DNA of 64,000 nucleotides, from contig OX597816.1 of assembly GCA_951406725.2 (NCBI GenBank), positions 175,646,001 to 175,710,000 of the forward strand, written 5' to 3'. Source of the DNA: Octopus vulgaris. Lineage: Eukaryota. Shown here piece by piece: positions 24,662 through 37,599 of the stretch; the stretch's first letter is position 1; every line of letters begins with the position of its first letter. The position numbers and the translations under genes were made by a program. The notes beneath the pieces were generated by a model. The model was given only the letters and a program-made list of their open reading frames with translations, was not told the DNA's origin and did no database searches.

Positions 24662-25090
24662 GGCGCAGGAGTGGCTGTGTGGTAAGTAGCTTGCTAACCA
24701 ACCACATGGTTCCGGGTTCAGTCCCACTGTGTGGCATCTTGGGCAAGTGTCTTCTGCTATAGCCCTGGGCCGACCAATGCCTTGTGAGTGGATTTGGTAG
24801 ACAGAAACTGAAAGAAGCCTGTTGTATATATGTATATATATATATGTGTATGTGTGTGTAAGTGTTTGTGTGTCTGTGTTTGTCTCCTTAGCATTGCTTG
24901 ACAACTGATGCTGGTGTGTTTACGTCCCCGTCACTTAGCGGTTCGGCAAAAGAGACTGATAGAATAAGTACTAGGCTTACAAAGAATAAGTCCTGGGGTC
25001 GAGTTGCTCGACTAAAGGTGGTGCTCCAGCATGGCCACAGTCAAATGACTGAAACAAGTAAAAAAAAAAAGAAAAGAAAAAAGAAAGAAT
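24662..25090 (+). mobile_element. tRNA-headed SINE family A
   Basis: Full-length copy ending about 50 nt from the 25139 donor. Confidence 0.9.
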
Positions 25091-25138
25091 ATGTATATTT
25101 GTGAGAAAAAAAAATATATGTATGAAAAGCTAACTGAC

Positions 25139-25363
25139 CTGTGAGCTGACAAGAGGGTCATCATTTTTTTGGTTGCTGATGTTTGAGATAGAATTGGAAT
25201 CAGGTTTGTGCAACACAGGTGTAAGAGGAGAGGGAGTAACGTCTGGCAGTATCTTTTCTTCAGAATGACCACTGCAGACAAGAATCTCGATTTCATCACT
25301 GACACTCCGTAAGGTTTGCACAGCTTCTGCATGGCTGGTGCCAAGTAAACTTTGGTCATTCAC
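25139..25363 (-). CDS. scrib: Scribble-like exon, PDZ4 end plus linker (VNDQSLLGTSHAEAVQTLRSVSDEIEILVCSG...SSQ)
   Basis: TTTTACCTAG acceptor and CAG|GTCAGT donor; 225 nt; VN-QSLLG-H-EAVQ-LRSV...LVC-G matches the Scribble PDZ4 C-terminal half. Confidence 0.92.
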
Positions 25364-26339
25364 CTAGGTAAAAGAAAGAACAAAGAAAAAACCCTGCGGT
25401 CAGCAGCAACAACAACAAGAACACTGAATATAAAAGGAATTATACATAGTGTGCTACAGAGAACTGCACTGGTATAGACATGGGACATGTACGATGATAG
25501 ATGGATTAAATAAGAGCCAACTGCTCCAAGTGGAAGGACTTGTGGTTGATGAAGACCAAGGGAAACATAGGAAGAAGTGACGTAAGTTGATCTGCGGAGG
25601 TCTCTCATGAAGGGGGTGAGAAAAAAAACAAAGCAAATGCAGAGATGTTACACTAGAAGCCTGTCCAACCCGTGTAAGCATAAAAAATTGGATATAAAAA
25701 CAATGATAATAAAATTTAAGGTTATTCTTAGATATTTTACAAATTAAAATCATTGAGAGATCATAAGATCCTGACCACCAGATGACTACATTTTGAATGC
25801 TCTGGCTTTGATGTGACCTAGGTCTTATTAACATTAGTCAGGTATTATAGATTCTGTGTTATCCCCAACTTACAACTTAAAACAAGATTAAACATAGAAT
25901 TAACAAATTTCTATGCTTCTTAGAATTATGTAATTTTTTTTGTGCGCACCTATTATCAAATTACACCACCAGATAACTAATTCCTGACACCTACACAGAT
26001 ACTATATTTACTGGTATATAAGTCATACTGTTTTCTACTTGATTTTAACTGAAAAAACTATAGTGTGACTTGTAGTAAGACTTAACACTAAATTGGAGGA
26101 GTGACTTATATATGATTAAATACAATACATATACAATCAGTATAGGTGTACCAGCTGATTCCCCAACAACAACATACCTTAGTTTATTTTGCTGATTTTT
26201 AACTCTGACATTTACCTCTGTCAAGAAAAATGTAATATTCTAAATCTGTTTTAAATGCATTTTTCATGCATGAAAAGAGATTTACTTTTAGAGTACCATC
26301 TTTTATTTTTTCAATTGAATGCCCATCCCATTACTAATC

Positions 26340-27180
26340 ACTCCATTCTAAAGCTTCGTCACTCCTGAAGGAGAAACTCCTCCTTGGCCTCCTTCCACCA
26401 GTCTGTCTCTGGCCAATCATGGCTAGGTAAGCCCAAAGTAGTGGATGAGATCATCTCGCCACCTTCTTTTTGATCAGCTTTCATCTTGTCCATTGTCTTG
26501 GTCTCCATTCTGTCACCCTGATTGTCCATATGTTGTTCTTCAGTTGTGCTATGTGGTCAGCCCATCTATATTTGTACTTGTTGATGGTTCTTAAGATGTT
26601 GTCTCCTCTCATGTGCTGTTGTATCCAGGTGTTGGTTGACTTGTTCCACAAGTGATGCTGAGCATGATTTGTTCCATTCTCCATTGGGTTACAATGAAGA
26701 CATTCATAATTGTAGTTCTTGAGAGCCTGAGTTACACTGCAGTAAATCATCACAGGCAGGATGTACTTGTTGAAGATCTTTCTTTAGATTTTCATGGAAC
26801 CCAACCAAGTGCTGTTCTTTTGATTTCCCAGAGGAAATTTCCATCTTTTGTCACCATCCTTTTCAGGTAAACATAGCTGTCTACCTCTTCTATGGTCTTG
26901 CTGTTTACACTGATGGATGCTGGCATAACATGCTTGTTGAAAATGACTCTGGTCCTTCCAAGGTTCATGTTGAGGCTGACAGATTGGCTTGTAGTGTGGA
27001 TATTGGTGAGCATTTCCTCCAGTTCCTTAGGTATATACACTGTCAAGATGATATCATATACAAAATCCGGGTGATGTAGTTTTTCTCCATCAATGCTGAT
27101 GCCTTTTTTGTCCCCTTGGATTTTGTTGATGACAGTATCTTGCAGGCACAACTTTGGTGAGACGTTGCCGCTTTGCCCTG
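26340..27180 (-). mobile_element. Decayed RTE-clade LINE of a second family, 3' part
   Basis: GISIDGEKLHH..DIIL, IEEVDSYVYL and KYRWADHIAQ..WTIRVTEWRPR motifs. Confidence 0.8.
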
Positions 27181-27286
27181 CTCCTTCTCTAGCTTGATCT
27201 TATCACTGGTAGAATTGATGATACAGTTGACAGTGAGGAGGAGAGGGATGACATGTTTGGGCTGGCTGAGAGAGAGAGGGGGGAGT

Positions 27287-27346
<60 letters not shown>

Positions 27347-27701
27347 TATAGTGTATGAGGAAAGATGTTTTGATGTTCAAAGGGTTAAGATAGCCTATGG
27401 AACCTGTGGGTGTAGAGAACAATATTAGTAAATGAAGAAATGGCTAGCAAGTATAGCATTATCAAGTGGTAGAGCTGCAGCTGGAGAAATGTGGGAAGAG
27501 GGCAATAGGAGGAGAGTTTATTTGATTGAGGTACCTATATATGTTTGTGTGTGTGTCTGTGTGTATTGCTGATATGGGCAGCCTTCAACTTCTTTTATCC
27601 AGAAAGGTTTTTCATTCCATTATTTCCTATTATTTACATGGTATTATTTCTAGCTCTACATGTGCTTTTAGATACACTTCCCAAAAATAATTTTATATAT
27701 A

Positions 27702-28120
27702 GGCGCAGGAGTGGTTGTGTGATAAGTAGCTTGCTAACCAGCCACATGGTTCCGGGTTCAGTCCTACTGTGTGGCATCTTGGGCAAGTGTCTTCTGCTAT
27801 AGCCCCGGGCCGACCAATGCCCTGTGAGTGGATTTGGTAGACGGAAACTGAAAGAAGCCCGTCGTATATATGTATATATATATGTATGTGTGTGTGTGTT
27901 TGTGAGTCTGTGTTTGTCCTCCTAGCATTGCTTGACAACCGATGCTGGTGTGTTTACGTCCCCGTTACTTAGCAGTTCGGCAAAAGAGACCGATAGAATA
28001 AGCACTGGGCTTACAAAGAATAAGTCCCGGGGTCGATTTGCTTGACTAAAGGCGATGCTCCAGCATGGCCGCAGTCAACTGACTGAAACAAGTAAAAAAG
28101 AAAAAAGAAAGAAAAAGAGT
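27702..28120 (+). mobile_element. tRNA-headed SINE family A
   Basis: Full-length copy. Confidence 0.9.
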
Positions 28121-28539
28121 ATATATCCTTTAAGTTTATGAGAAATGTTTTTGAGTTTCTATGCTATTTTTCCTGGCTACAACTTATTATTCCCATCTTT
28201 GATAGTAATTTTATAGAATAGTTATAAGCCTGGTGCCACAATAGTGTAGGATAAATATAATAATAATGAAAACTTTTGGATGGAAATTCATAAATATTTT
28301 AATGCCTTGCTACATGTTTCCACAAGGCACAGGTCTTTTATGGCTGTATTTCCCATCCATCGGACATTACAAATATGATTTGCAATGTCTAGGGATTTAA
28401 AGGGAAGCCATTATTACGTGTCTTCATTTCTTCAAGCAAAAATTACATTAGTGTCCTGGTTGTATTGAATGCTTAGTTATGGGATATTTACCAATTTACA
28501 CCAATCAGAAGGTTCTGTGAGATTTATGTGTGGTTCTTA

Positions 28540-28825
28540 AGCACCATCCGTTCGTGGCCGTTGCCAGCCTCGCCTGGCCCCTGTGCCGGTGGCACATAAA
28601 AAGCACCATCCGATCGTGGCTGTTGCCAGACTTGTTGCCAGGCACGTAAAAAGCACCCACTACACTCACGGAGTGGTTGGCGTTAGGAAGGGCATCCAGC
28701 CGTAGAAACATTGCCAGATCAAACTGGGCCTGGTGCAGCCTTCTGGCTTCCCAGACCCCAGTTGAACCGTCCAACCCATGCTAGCATGGAAAACGGACGT
28801 TAAACGATGATGATGATCATCATCA
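28540..28825 (+). mobile_element. RTE 3'-UTR copy
   Basis: Repeat units, core and tail. Confidence 0.85.
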
Positions 28826-29418
28826 TACAGATAGATAGCTAGAAACAGTATGGGAGGGAGGACGTAAGTGAAATTTTACTTTGTATCTAGATTTGTGCAA
28901 GAAGGCATGGGTGGATAGGAAGAAGAGGCATGGGTGGATAGGAAGAAGAAAAGAGAGAAAGAATAAATAATGTAAGAGGAGAAAGAAAAGAAGATGGTAA
29001 TGATTTGCCTTGTTTTGATTTCAGTGTATATGGTGCTGAGGGGTGCATTGAATGTTTGATTTAACCTCGACCTTGACAGGGTGTTACATTAATGATTTTA
29101 CAAGCTGTAAGGAGAAGGGAGCAAATATTTATTTAGATGTTATGAGTTCAGGATTTCTGAGTGGTACTGGTCAAGAAGGTGAATGGGATTACCTTGGTAT
29201 TGTTAAGTATTTCACAGGGTCATATTTGTTCTTTAAAGGGGCATGTTATTTGTTAGTGATGACTATTATTCATTTGTTGATGATGTTAGTTTTTCTGTAG
29301 AGCCAGTATATTCATCTAATATTATTTTCCTTGTATGTTCAATTAGATAATAAGTACTTATGGTTTATGCTGGAATTCTTGATATTTAGACCCTGTTATG
29401 CTAAAATTTCCTAGTAAT

Positions 29419-29806
29419 GGATGGAAGCACTCCGTCGGTTACGACGACGAGGGTTCCGGTTGATCCGAATCAACGGAACAGCCTGCTCGTGAAATTAACG
29501 TGTAAGTGGCTGAGCACTCCACAGACACGTGTACCCTTAACGTAGTTCTCGGGGATATTCAGCATGACACAGAGAGTGACAAGGCCAGCCCTTTGAAATA
29601 CAGGTACAACAGAAACAGGAAGTAAGAGTGAGAGAAAGTTGTGGTGAAAGAGTACAGCAGGGATCACCACCATCCCCTGCCGGAGCGTCGTGGAGCTTTA
29701 GGTGTTTTCGCTCAATAAACACTCACAACGTCCGGTCTGGGAATCGAAACCGCAATCCTATGACCGCGAGTCCGCTGCCCTAACCACTGGGCCATTGCGC
29801 CTCCAC
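29419..29806 (-). mobile_element. tRNA-headed SINE family C
   Basis: Minus-strand head GTGGAGGCGCAATGGCCCAGTGGTTAGG...GGTTTCGATTCCC; 12-bp TSD TTTCC(T/C)AGTAAT. Confidence 0.85.
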
Positions 29807-30287
29807 TTTCCCAGTAATAAATTCTATGCTGTACATAAGGTCATTTTGTTTACGTCATTTGGGAGGTTCCTCTGTTGCTTGGTTAGTGTTTGTTTCATAA
29901 TTGTTCCAAGATACAACCACTTCAAAGTGTCTACTAATTATGTTTTCCTGGGAGATAATAGTCTCCAGTGTGTCGTCCAGTCATATGTTGCAAACCTATG
30001 ATGTTCTATCATTATGGTTTGGTGTTTTTTAATATAGAGCACTTGGTTGTGGATTCCACTCTATTCACTTTTAGTCTTCAGCTGAGGTTAGCTAAAGATG
30101 TGTAGGGACTTTTATTTTCATCCAAAAATGATGCAAGAATGTTTCTCAGACAGTTTTTTATTACGTCTGATGTCCCACCAATGTACACATATTTTAGTGC
30201 ACCTGCTTTCATTTCACATTTATAAATCATGATCCTCCTCAAGATGTTCTTTTCAAATTTGCATTCATTTTTCTGTCAGTATTTATA

Positions 30288-30960
30288 CGAGGTCTGATCA
30301 ATAAGGACCTGAACTGGTGCTATAAAAACAAACCTACAACACATACCAATTTGTCATTTAATCTCCTTCAAAGTATTCCGCTTCAGAAGCCACACACTTA
30401 ATCCAGCACTGTTTTCATTGAGGGAAGCATTCCTGGAACTCATTTTCTGGGATAATCAGCAGCTGCCATGTTGCATTCATTTTGATTTCCTCAATGTCCT
30501 TAAATCTTCTTCCTTTGATTTTTGGAAAAAGGAAAAAGTCACAGGGAGTGAAATCTGGGGAATACGGTGGCTGTCAGACCTGGGGAATGCTGCACCTAGC
30601 CAAAAACTGCTACTGAATGGGCAGGTGCATTGCCATGGTGCAATTGCTACTCATTGAATGCATGCAATTGTGGCCTTTTCTGACAAATAGAATCCTGCAA
30701 AACATCACAGTAGTACTCCTCGTTTACTGTCTGACCAGGTGAAGCATACTCATGATGAACAATCCCCTTGTAATTGAAGAAAACAATCAACAACGTCTTC
30801 ACATTGCTTCGACTCATTTGTGTCTTCTTTGGTCTCGGACTAAGTTTTAACGTTCTAACTCACTTCTGCTATTTACAGCAGTGCTTGGAAGGAAGGTGTG
30901 TAGCATAGGATCATCGCATTGACCATGACAGAGAAAGTTGAGCAGAGAATCTGCATCAAA
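30288..30960 (-). mobile_element. Rearranged mariner remnant
   Basis: TA|CGAGGTCTGATCAA TIR and minus-strand WIKCVASEAEYFEGD-stop C-terminus; plus-strand MTEKVEQRICIK N-terminus at about 30925-30960. Confidence 0.75.
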
Positions 30961-31249
30961 TAACTTTCTCTTCCTTTACACAACCATCTCATTTATACTC
31001 TGATCCCTGTTCCTTGTGAGCATGCCTGGCATTTTGCCACCATCTCCATCCTGTGATCTCCCATTTTCTCTCTCTCCTTCTCCTGCACTTCCCTCAGGCT
31101 GGGCAACACCTATTTCTGTCTTCATTCCTGATCTTTCTCTCTCTGGCTGGGTAACCTTGTACTTCCTCTTCAGCAAGACACCTATATCTGTCTCACTTTA
31201 ACCTTTTCATCATCACCTCCTCCTCTCTTAAAAGTTTTTGTCTTGCATG

Positions 31250-31568
31250 TACTTGGTGACCCTGTTAGTGCAGGTGCCACTTAAAAGCACCCAGTCCACA
31301 CTGTAAAGTGGTTGGTGTTTGGGAGGGCATCCAGCTGTAAAAACCTTGCCACAACTGACCTCGCCTGTGCTTGTGCCACATAAAAAGCACTAAATCCACT
31401 CTACTGAGTGGTTGATGTTAGGAAGGGCATCCAGCTGTAAAACTCCTGCTATAACAGTCACAGAAGTCAGGTGCAGGTTTTGGCCTGGCCGGTTCTTGTG
31501 GTACCATCCCACCTATGCTAACATGGAACACAGGCGTTAAATGATGATGATGATGATGATGATGATGA
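31250..31568 (+). mobile_element. Older RTE 3'-end copy
   Basis: Duplicated GTGGTTG.TGTT.GGA.GGGCATCCAGCTGTAA core and (GAT)n tail. Confidence 0.7.
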
Positions 31569-31797
31569 TTAGTTCCCCAAGTTATTAAATGATGTAATTG
31601 CCTCTATAGTATTATACCATAATTTGAGTCTATTTATACATTTTAATTTGGTATTATTCTATCTGATCTTGATGGGCATATTGATCTTAGAGAGGAGCTA
31701 TCCAGGAAGTTTCCTTTGTGATCTTTTAGGCTTACTCTAGGTGTCCTAGGTGTATATAGTCTAGCCCTATCCTGTATATATATATATATATTCATTT

Positions 31798-31840
<43 letters not shown>

Positions 31841-31859
31841 CAGAGGTTCAAACTCCTGA

Positions 31860-32145
31860 GATCAGCCTTCACCACTTCATCACATGTCTAAGCTCCAGCC
31901 ACATTTAGTGAATGCCCCTTCTTTATATAGTTCTCTTCATCCATGCACATTGTGTATCTGCACCAGTGCAGTCTTCTTGCTTGCACACTCCATCTGACTC
32001 CTTTTATGCCCAGTTTTTCTCTCAGCACATTTATACTTTGCCATTCACAAACTCTTTCCATGCAAATCCAATGGAGCATGCTCACTTCATTTCTTTCCAG
32101 TCTTCTCATGTCCTCTGTGTTCAAGGCCCATGTCACATTACCATG
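31860..32145 (-). mobile_element. RTE ORF C-terminal fragment
   Basis: TWALNTEDMRRLERNEVSMLHWIC...RRLHW. Confidence 0.8.
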
Positions 32146-32259
32146 ATAACATGATTATTTGTAAGATCTATTTTCAATCCTCAAAGGTACCTTCACATTA
32201 TAAAATGTGTTATACAAGATTCAGTTCACTTGTTATGTCAGATACATAAAAACATGTTG

Positions 32260-35200
32260 AGATGTCAAATACAACAGCCCTTACAGATAATGGAAGTGGT
32301 AAAAAAAATATAAGGAGCTCGACAGACAGGACTCAGTCTCTTTTCCCTTTGGACTTGCCAACTGCCCACAGCTAGGACCACTAGCTTTCTTTCTTTGTTT
32401 TAGCACTGTACACATGGTGTCATGATGCCTGTCTCGCAGGAGGTACCATTTGATAATGTGTTCACATGCACACCGACTTTGTAAGCTTATCATACCAGGA
32501 TGCCGTAGCATTTTACAATGAATAAATTATCATAGCTAAACATTTGTATTGCCTGAGTTTATTGTTTGTTCTCTGTGAAAAAGATATTTACGAACACTAT
32601 ACACATGCCCGTCTTGATTCCCTCATATTCCACCATCACAAATACACATCTCAGACACCTAAAGTGGTGAACCTGACATTGGAGAAAAGAAAACTATTTC
32701 TCACACGGCAGTACAGAGCATCATAACAGCGACATTTCTTTCACCAGACTTTCACTTGCACACTTGCTAAGTAACAATGGTGTCACCTTCAACAGCTGCT
32801 GTTTCTCATCCACCTGTGCCTATTTTCACTGGAGACATTGCCGTTTGATTTGTCCAAATGGAATCCTACTTTGCAGCAAACCATGTGTATTCTGAAACAC
32901 AGTGATTGCATCTTCTGATAATTTTTTTGCCAACTGCTCTCACGAGCAAAGTATGGGATGTAATTACAAATTCACCTGTGGATGTTAGCTTTACTTCTGT
33001 CAAGGTTGAGATTGTCCAGTGGAATTTTATGTCAGTGGAGAAAAAATTTCACTAACTGATGAACGATGAACAGTTAGGAGAGCAAGCCCTGTTGCAACTG
33101 CTGTGTAGAATGCACCAGCTTGTAGAAGGCAATACATTAGAGAGCAGTTTTTTCAAGCAGTTATCTTTTTTCATCTGCCTAACATCCAGGCCATCCTTGC
33201 ATCCATGTGCGACATCAGTACTGTGGAACAACTGGCAACATCAGCGGATAAAATAATGGAAATAACCAGTCCGACAATATCTTCTCCTCTTTCCATTACT
33301 GTAGTGGCCATAGCATCCTAGTTCCAAGATTTTCAACACGCCATGGAAAAAACAATTGAAGACCTGGTAGTGGAAGTTTGCAACTGCCATTTAGAAAGGA
33401 ACATAGTCCCACGTGCAAAACAACTGATCTCACTCAAGATCTCTATCCAGACATCAGTACGTTGATAATGAGGGATCTGTATGTTGGCACCATACAGTGT
33501 CAAGGCAATGAAATGCACACCATCTTGCTCATACTGCACCCAGGGAAACATCAGAACGGAGCAGTAAGCATGGCTACCCCACCAAGTCGTGCAATTTTTA
33601 TTGAAGAAGAAATTTCCCAGAAAAGCTTCCTGGTTGACTCAGGAGCTACCTGTAGTATCTGACCAGTTAAATATACACATAGAAAACCTTTTCCTTCAGC
33701 CATTACCTTGCAAGCAGACAACCATTCACCTATCACAATATATGGCAAAATTTCTCTCACCTTAAATCTATGACTCAGACGATGCTTCCAGTAGGTTTCT
33801 CTAATTGCTGACCACTCTCCTTTTTCCTTGCTGTTCGATCTGAAGAACAGGCAATTGATTGGCAGCAAGATGCAACTCAGAGTGCATGGCACTGACTGAT
33901 TTGTTTCCACAGTCAGCCCGATTTTCTTTGTCACTGCTGCTTCAAACAAACAACACTCATTGTTGCAGTCATTCCCGGAGTTAACAAAAAACCCATGTAC
34001 TATGGAAAAGATAACTCACACTCCATAGAATACCACATTTTGATCACAGGCCCTCCTGTTTTTTCTCACCCAAGACGTTTGTCAGCAGAAAAGCTTAAGG
34101 TTGCAAAAGCAGAATTCAAGCACATGTTACAGCTCAGAATTGTATATCTTTCTTCCAGTAGCTGGACTTCTCCCTTACACATGGTACTGAAGAAATCATC
34201 TTCCGACTGGTGACCCTGCAGGAACTATAGACGACTTAATGCCATCACAGTACTAGACCAGTGCTCAATTCCACACTTTCAGGATTTTACAGTTTTGCTA
34301 TATGGCAGTACTATTTTTTCAAAACTAGATCTTGTCTGTGCACCACCAAATACCCATCCATCCTGACAACATTCCAGAACTGCTGTAACCAATCCCTTTG
34401 GAGCTTTCAAGTATTTAACAATGTCATTCGAGTTACGTAATGCTGCAAGCTCTTTCCAACGCTTTATAGATGAAGTCATCCATGATCTCAATTTCATGTA
34501 TGTGTACATTGATGATTTTCACATTGCCACTTCATACTGAAGCTGAACATGAATCTCATCTACAACAGCTATATGCTCATCTGTTGCAGCACAGCATCCG
34601 GATTAACAGCATGCAATGTGTTTTCGGAGCGCTTTCCCTTATTTTTCTGAGACACACCATCAACAAAGACAGAAGCAGGCCTTTAGCTAAAAAACGTTGA
34701 TGCAGTTGGAAAGATTCCTGGACCTACTTCACTGCAGCGACTCCCTCATTTTCTAGGCCTCGTAAATTTTTGCTGACACTTTATTCCTAACTGTTCACAA
34801 ATATTGGCACCCTTTACAGATATGTTGCAGAACAGAAAGAAAACAAATAAACCCATCTCCTTTGCTCCAACCCAAACCAAAGCCTTTCAGGATATCAAAC
34901 AGAGTTTATGACATGTCTTTATGCTGACTTATCTGGTTCCTGATGCAAAGCTGTCGTTGTCTGTAGATGCTTCAGACGTTGGTGTTGGTTGTGTGTTACA
35001 CAAACTGTGTGGTTCCGAATGGAAACCTCTTGCATACTTTCCAAAATGGCTCAAACCAGCCCAGACTCATGATAGTACTTTCAGTCGTGAACTGCTTGCC
35101 ATCTACCTCACAGTCAAACATTTCCAGTGCATGCTATAGGGCAGGAGTTTCACAATTTACACCGATCACAAACCACTATCCCTTGCTTGAAAATGTAAGC

Positions 35201-36839
35201 CCAACAAAATTCTCACCCTGAGATATACATTACTTGGATTTCATTTTCCAATTCACCAGTGATATCCGGCACATTCCTGGAAAAGGAAATATCGCTGCCG
35301 ATGGTTTGTCTCGTTTGTCTATTGACTCCATATTCTCACCTGCTGAGATCGATTTGGATGTCATGGTAAAAGATCAACCATGAGCTCTCCCTTTGACCTT
35401 CAATGACTACTTGTAACAACTTTCAACTCGGATTCTTTGTGATATCTCCACCAATTACCCTCATCTGTTTGAGTTTTTTCTGTGCTACATAACATCTCAC
35501 ACCCTGGGGTTGCTGCCACTTTGAAGCTAATTTCAACTCTTTTCATATGGCCCAACATAAGATGAGACATCGCCGACTGGCCCAGGAACTGCTTGCCTTG
35601 CCAGAAAGTGAAGGTTCACAGGCACATCAAAGCACTGCTGGGAACATTCGCCCATCCGTTTCCAGCATATCCACATAGACCTTTAAGGATCCTGGCCCTT
35701 GAGTCAGGAATATACATACTTATTGAAATGCATAGACCATTTCTCATGATGGCCAGAACCATACCCATCGCAGATTTGTCATCACCACCTATCGCTCAGG
35801 CACTCGTATTGGGTTGGATTTCTTGTTTCGGTTCCTCTGCAACAATTACAACTGACAGAGATTGACAATTTGAATCTCAACTTTTCCACGATCTGACCAA
35901 AATCTTAGAATCAAGACATAGCTCCATAGTGAGCTACCATCCTGCCTCAAATGGATGTATCAAGTGATTCTATCGCCAGTTTCAAGCAATCTCTGCATGC
36001 ATATCCTGACCCACAGAAATGGATGGAACACTTGCCCATTGTTCTTGGTCTTCATTCTACTGTCAAGGCAGACATTCGTTTTTCCCCAGCAGAATTCTTG
36101 TATGGATAAACTCTTTCCTTGAAGTGTGATATTTTGTTTTCATGTCATTTTCATTGCATATGCATGCTATTTTCATCATTGCATATGCACTCTACTTTCA
36201 CTATTGTATTGTTACATATTACATTTCCTTTAGTTTATTATTTTGCACCTTAAAGGCTCCTGGTAGGTTTTGCACTGTAAATACATATTTTCTTTCGTCT
36301 CTCATTATTGCCATAGCTTTATGACTGCAAAGGGAGTCTGTAGCATACCTGTCATGCCTGCTTCGATTGTCTCAGGGCTAAACATAAAAATCCGGAAGGG
36401 ACACAACAGGTAGCCATGACACATGTGCAAAACACAACAGCCTTTACAGATAATGGAAGTGGTAAAAAAAATATAAGGAGCTCAACAGACAGGACTCAGC
36501 CTCTTTTCCTTTTGGGCAGCCAGCTTGCCAACTGCCCACAGCTAGGACTGCTAGCTCTCTTTCTTTGTTTCAGCTCCCTACATGTAGTGTCATGATGCCT
36601 GTCTCGCAGGAGGTACCATTTGATAATGTGTTCACATGCACACCGACTTTGTAAGCTTATCATACCAGGATGCCGTAGCATTTTACAATGAATAAATTAT
36701 CATAGCTAAACATTTGTATTGCCTGAGTTTACTGCTTGCTCTCTATGAAAAAGATATTTACGAGCACTACACACATGCCTTTCTTGATTCCCTCATATTT
36801 TACCATCACCGTCGCAAATACACATCTCAGACACCTAAA
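32260..36839 (+). mobile_element. Decayed Gypsy LTR retrotransposon, CsRn1-like
   Basis: LTRs at about 32260-32663 and 36339-36839; PBS-like TGGTGAACCTGAC at 32665; gag CWHH..C..C; protease FLVDSGA; RT WTSPLHMV and YVYIDD; RNase H VDASDVGVG; integrase H..HPG..C..CQ; PPT-like AAAGGGAG. Many stops. Confidence 0.92.
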
Positions 36840-36906
36840 AAACAAAAGACATACAAACAATCCAAAGAATTATCATAGGCTTAAGATTGAGAAATAAAAG
36901 ACATAC

Positions 36907-36969
36907 TTGCAATATTCTTTGTCCAACACTTAACTGGCCATGTCTTGCTACAGCTCCGTCAGGTGCAAT
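36907..36969 (-). CDS. scrib: Scribble-like exon, PDZ4 middle (IAPDGAVARHGQLSVGQRILQ)
   Basis: TACAG acceptor and GTATGT donor; 63 nt; GA-A-G-L-VG-RIL PDZ motif. Confidence 0.92.
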
Positions 36970-37379
36970 CTGTAGTAGTAGTAATTATAAAGATGATTTT
37001 ATGTTAGGCACAAGGCCACAATTTTGAAGAAAGATGGTTTACCTGAATAAAGCAACCCCAGTACTTGACTAGGCACTTTATCAAGTTTGGAAAATGAAAG
37101 ATAAAAAAACAAATTGGTAAAATTTAAAGACAGAATGCAAGAGAATATAAGTAGATATCAGAAAGCACATTCTTGGGTGCTCCACCCAGCCTGTCAATGA
37201 ACCGTTCTTTTATCAATGACAAAGACATAAGCCCACAAATTGGGGTGAGGCAAGGTGTGCAGCCAAACTGAAATAGATTTTAATGCTTGATTGTTACTTA
37301 TTTTATTGAACCACATCAAGGTAAAAGCAAACTCAACCTTGGTGGGATTTGAACTGAGAATGTAGGAGAACAAAATTAA

Positions 37380-37599
37380 CCCTTTAGCATTCAAACCGGC
37401 TATATCTGGTCAAAATATTTAACCTGTTTTATATTGAAACTGACCAGATCTTGCCTCTCACCTCAGCCCTACCATGTCATTCTAAAACTAAGAAATCACA
37501 TCACTGAAATCTCTAAACTACAAGATAATGCAGGATTAATTCAAAACAATATAAATAAACAAACATCACATTTGGCAGAATAATCTGAACACTAAAGGG
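37380..37599. mobile_element. piggyBac-type MITE
   Basis: TTAA|CCCTTTAG...CTAAAGGG|TTAA; 220 bp. Confidence 0.85.

Noticed and set aside
29730-29806. tRNA gene, also considered for the heads at 13203, 39678 and 41450-41523
   Set aside because: Only A/B-box-like heads fused to SINE bodies, most with TSDs; no complete cloverleaf seen.
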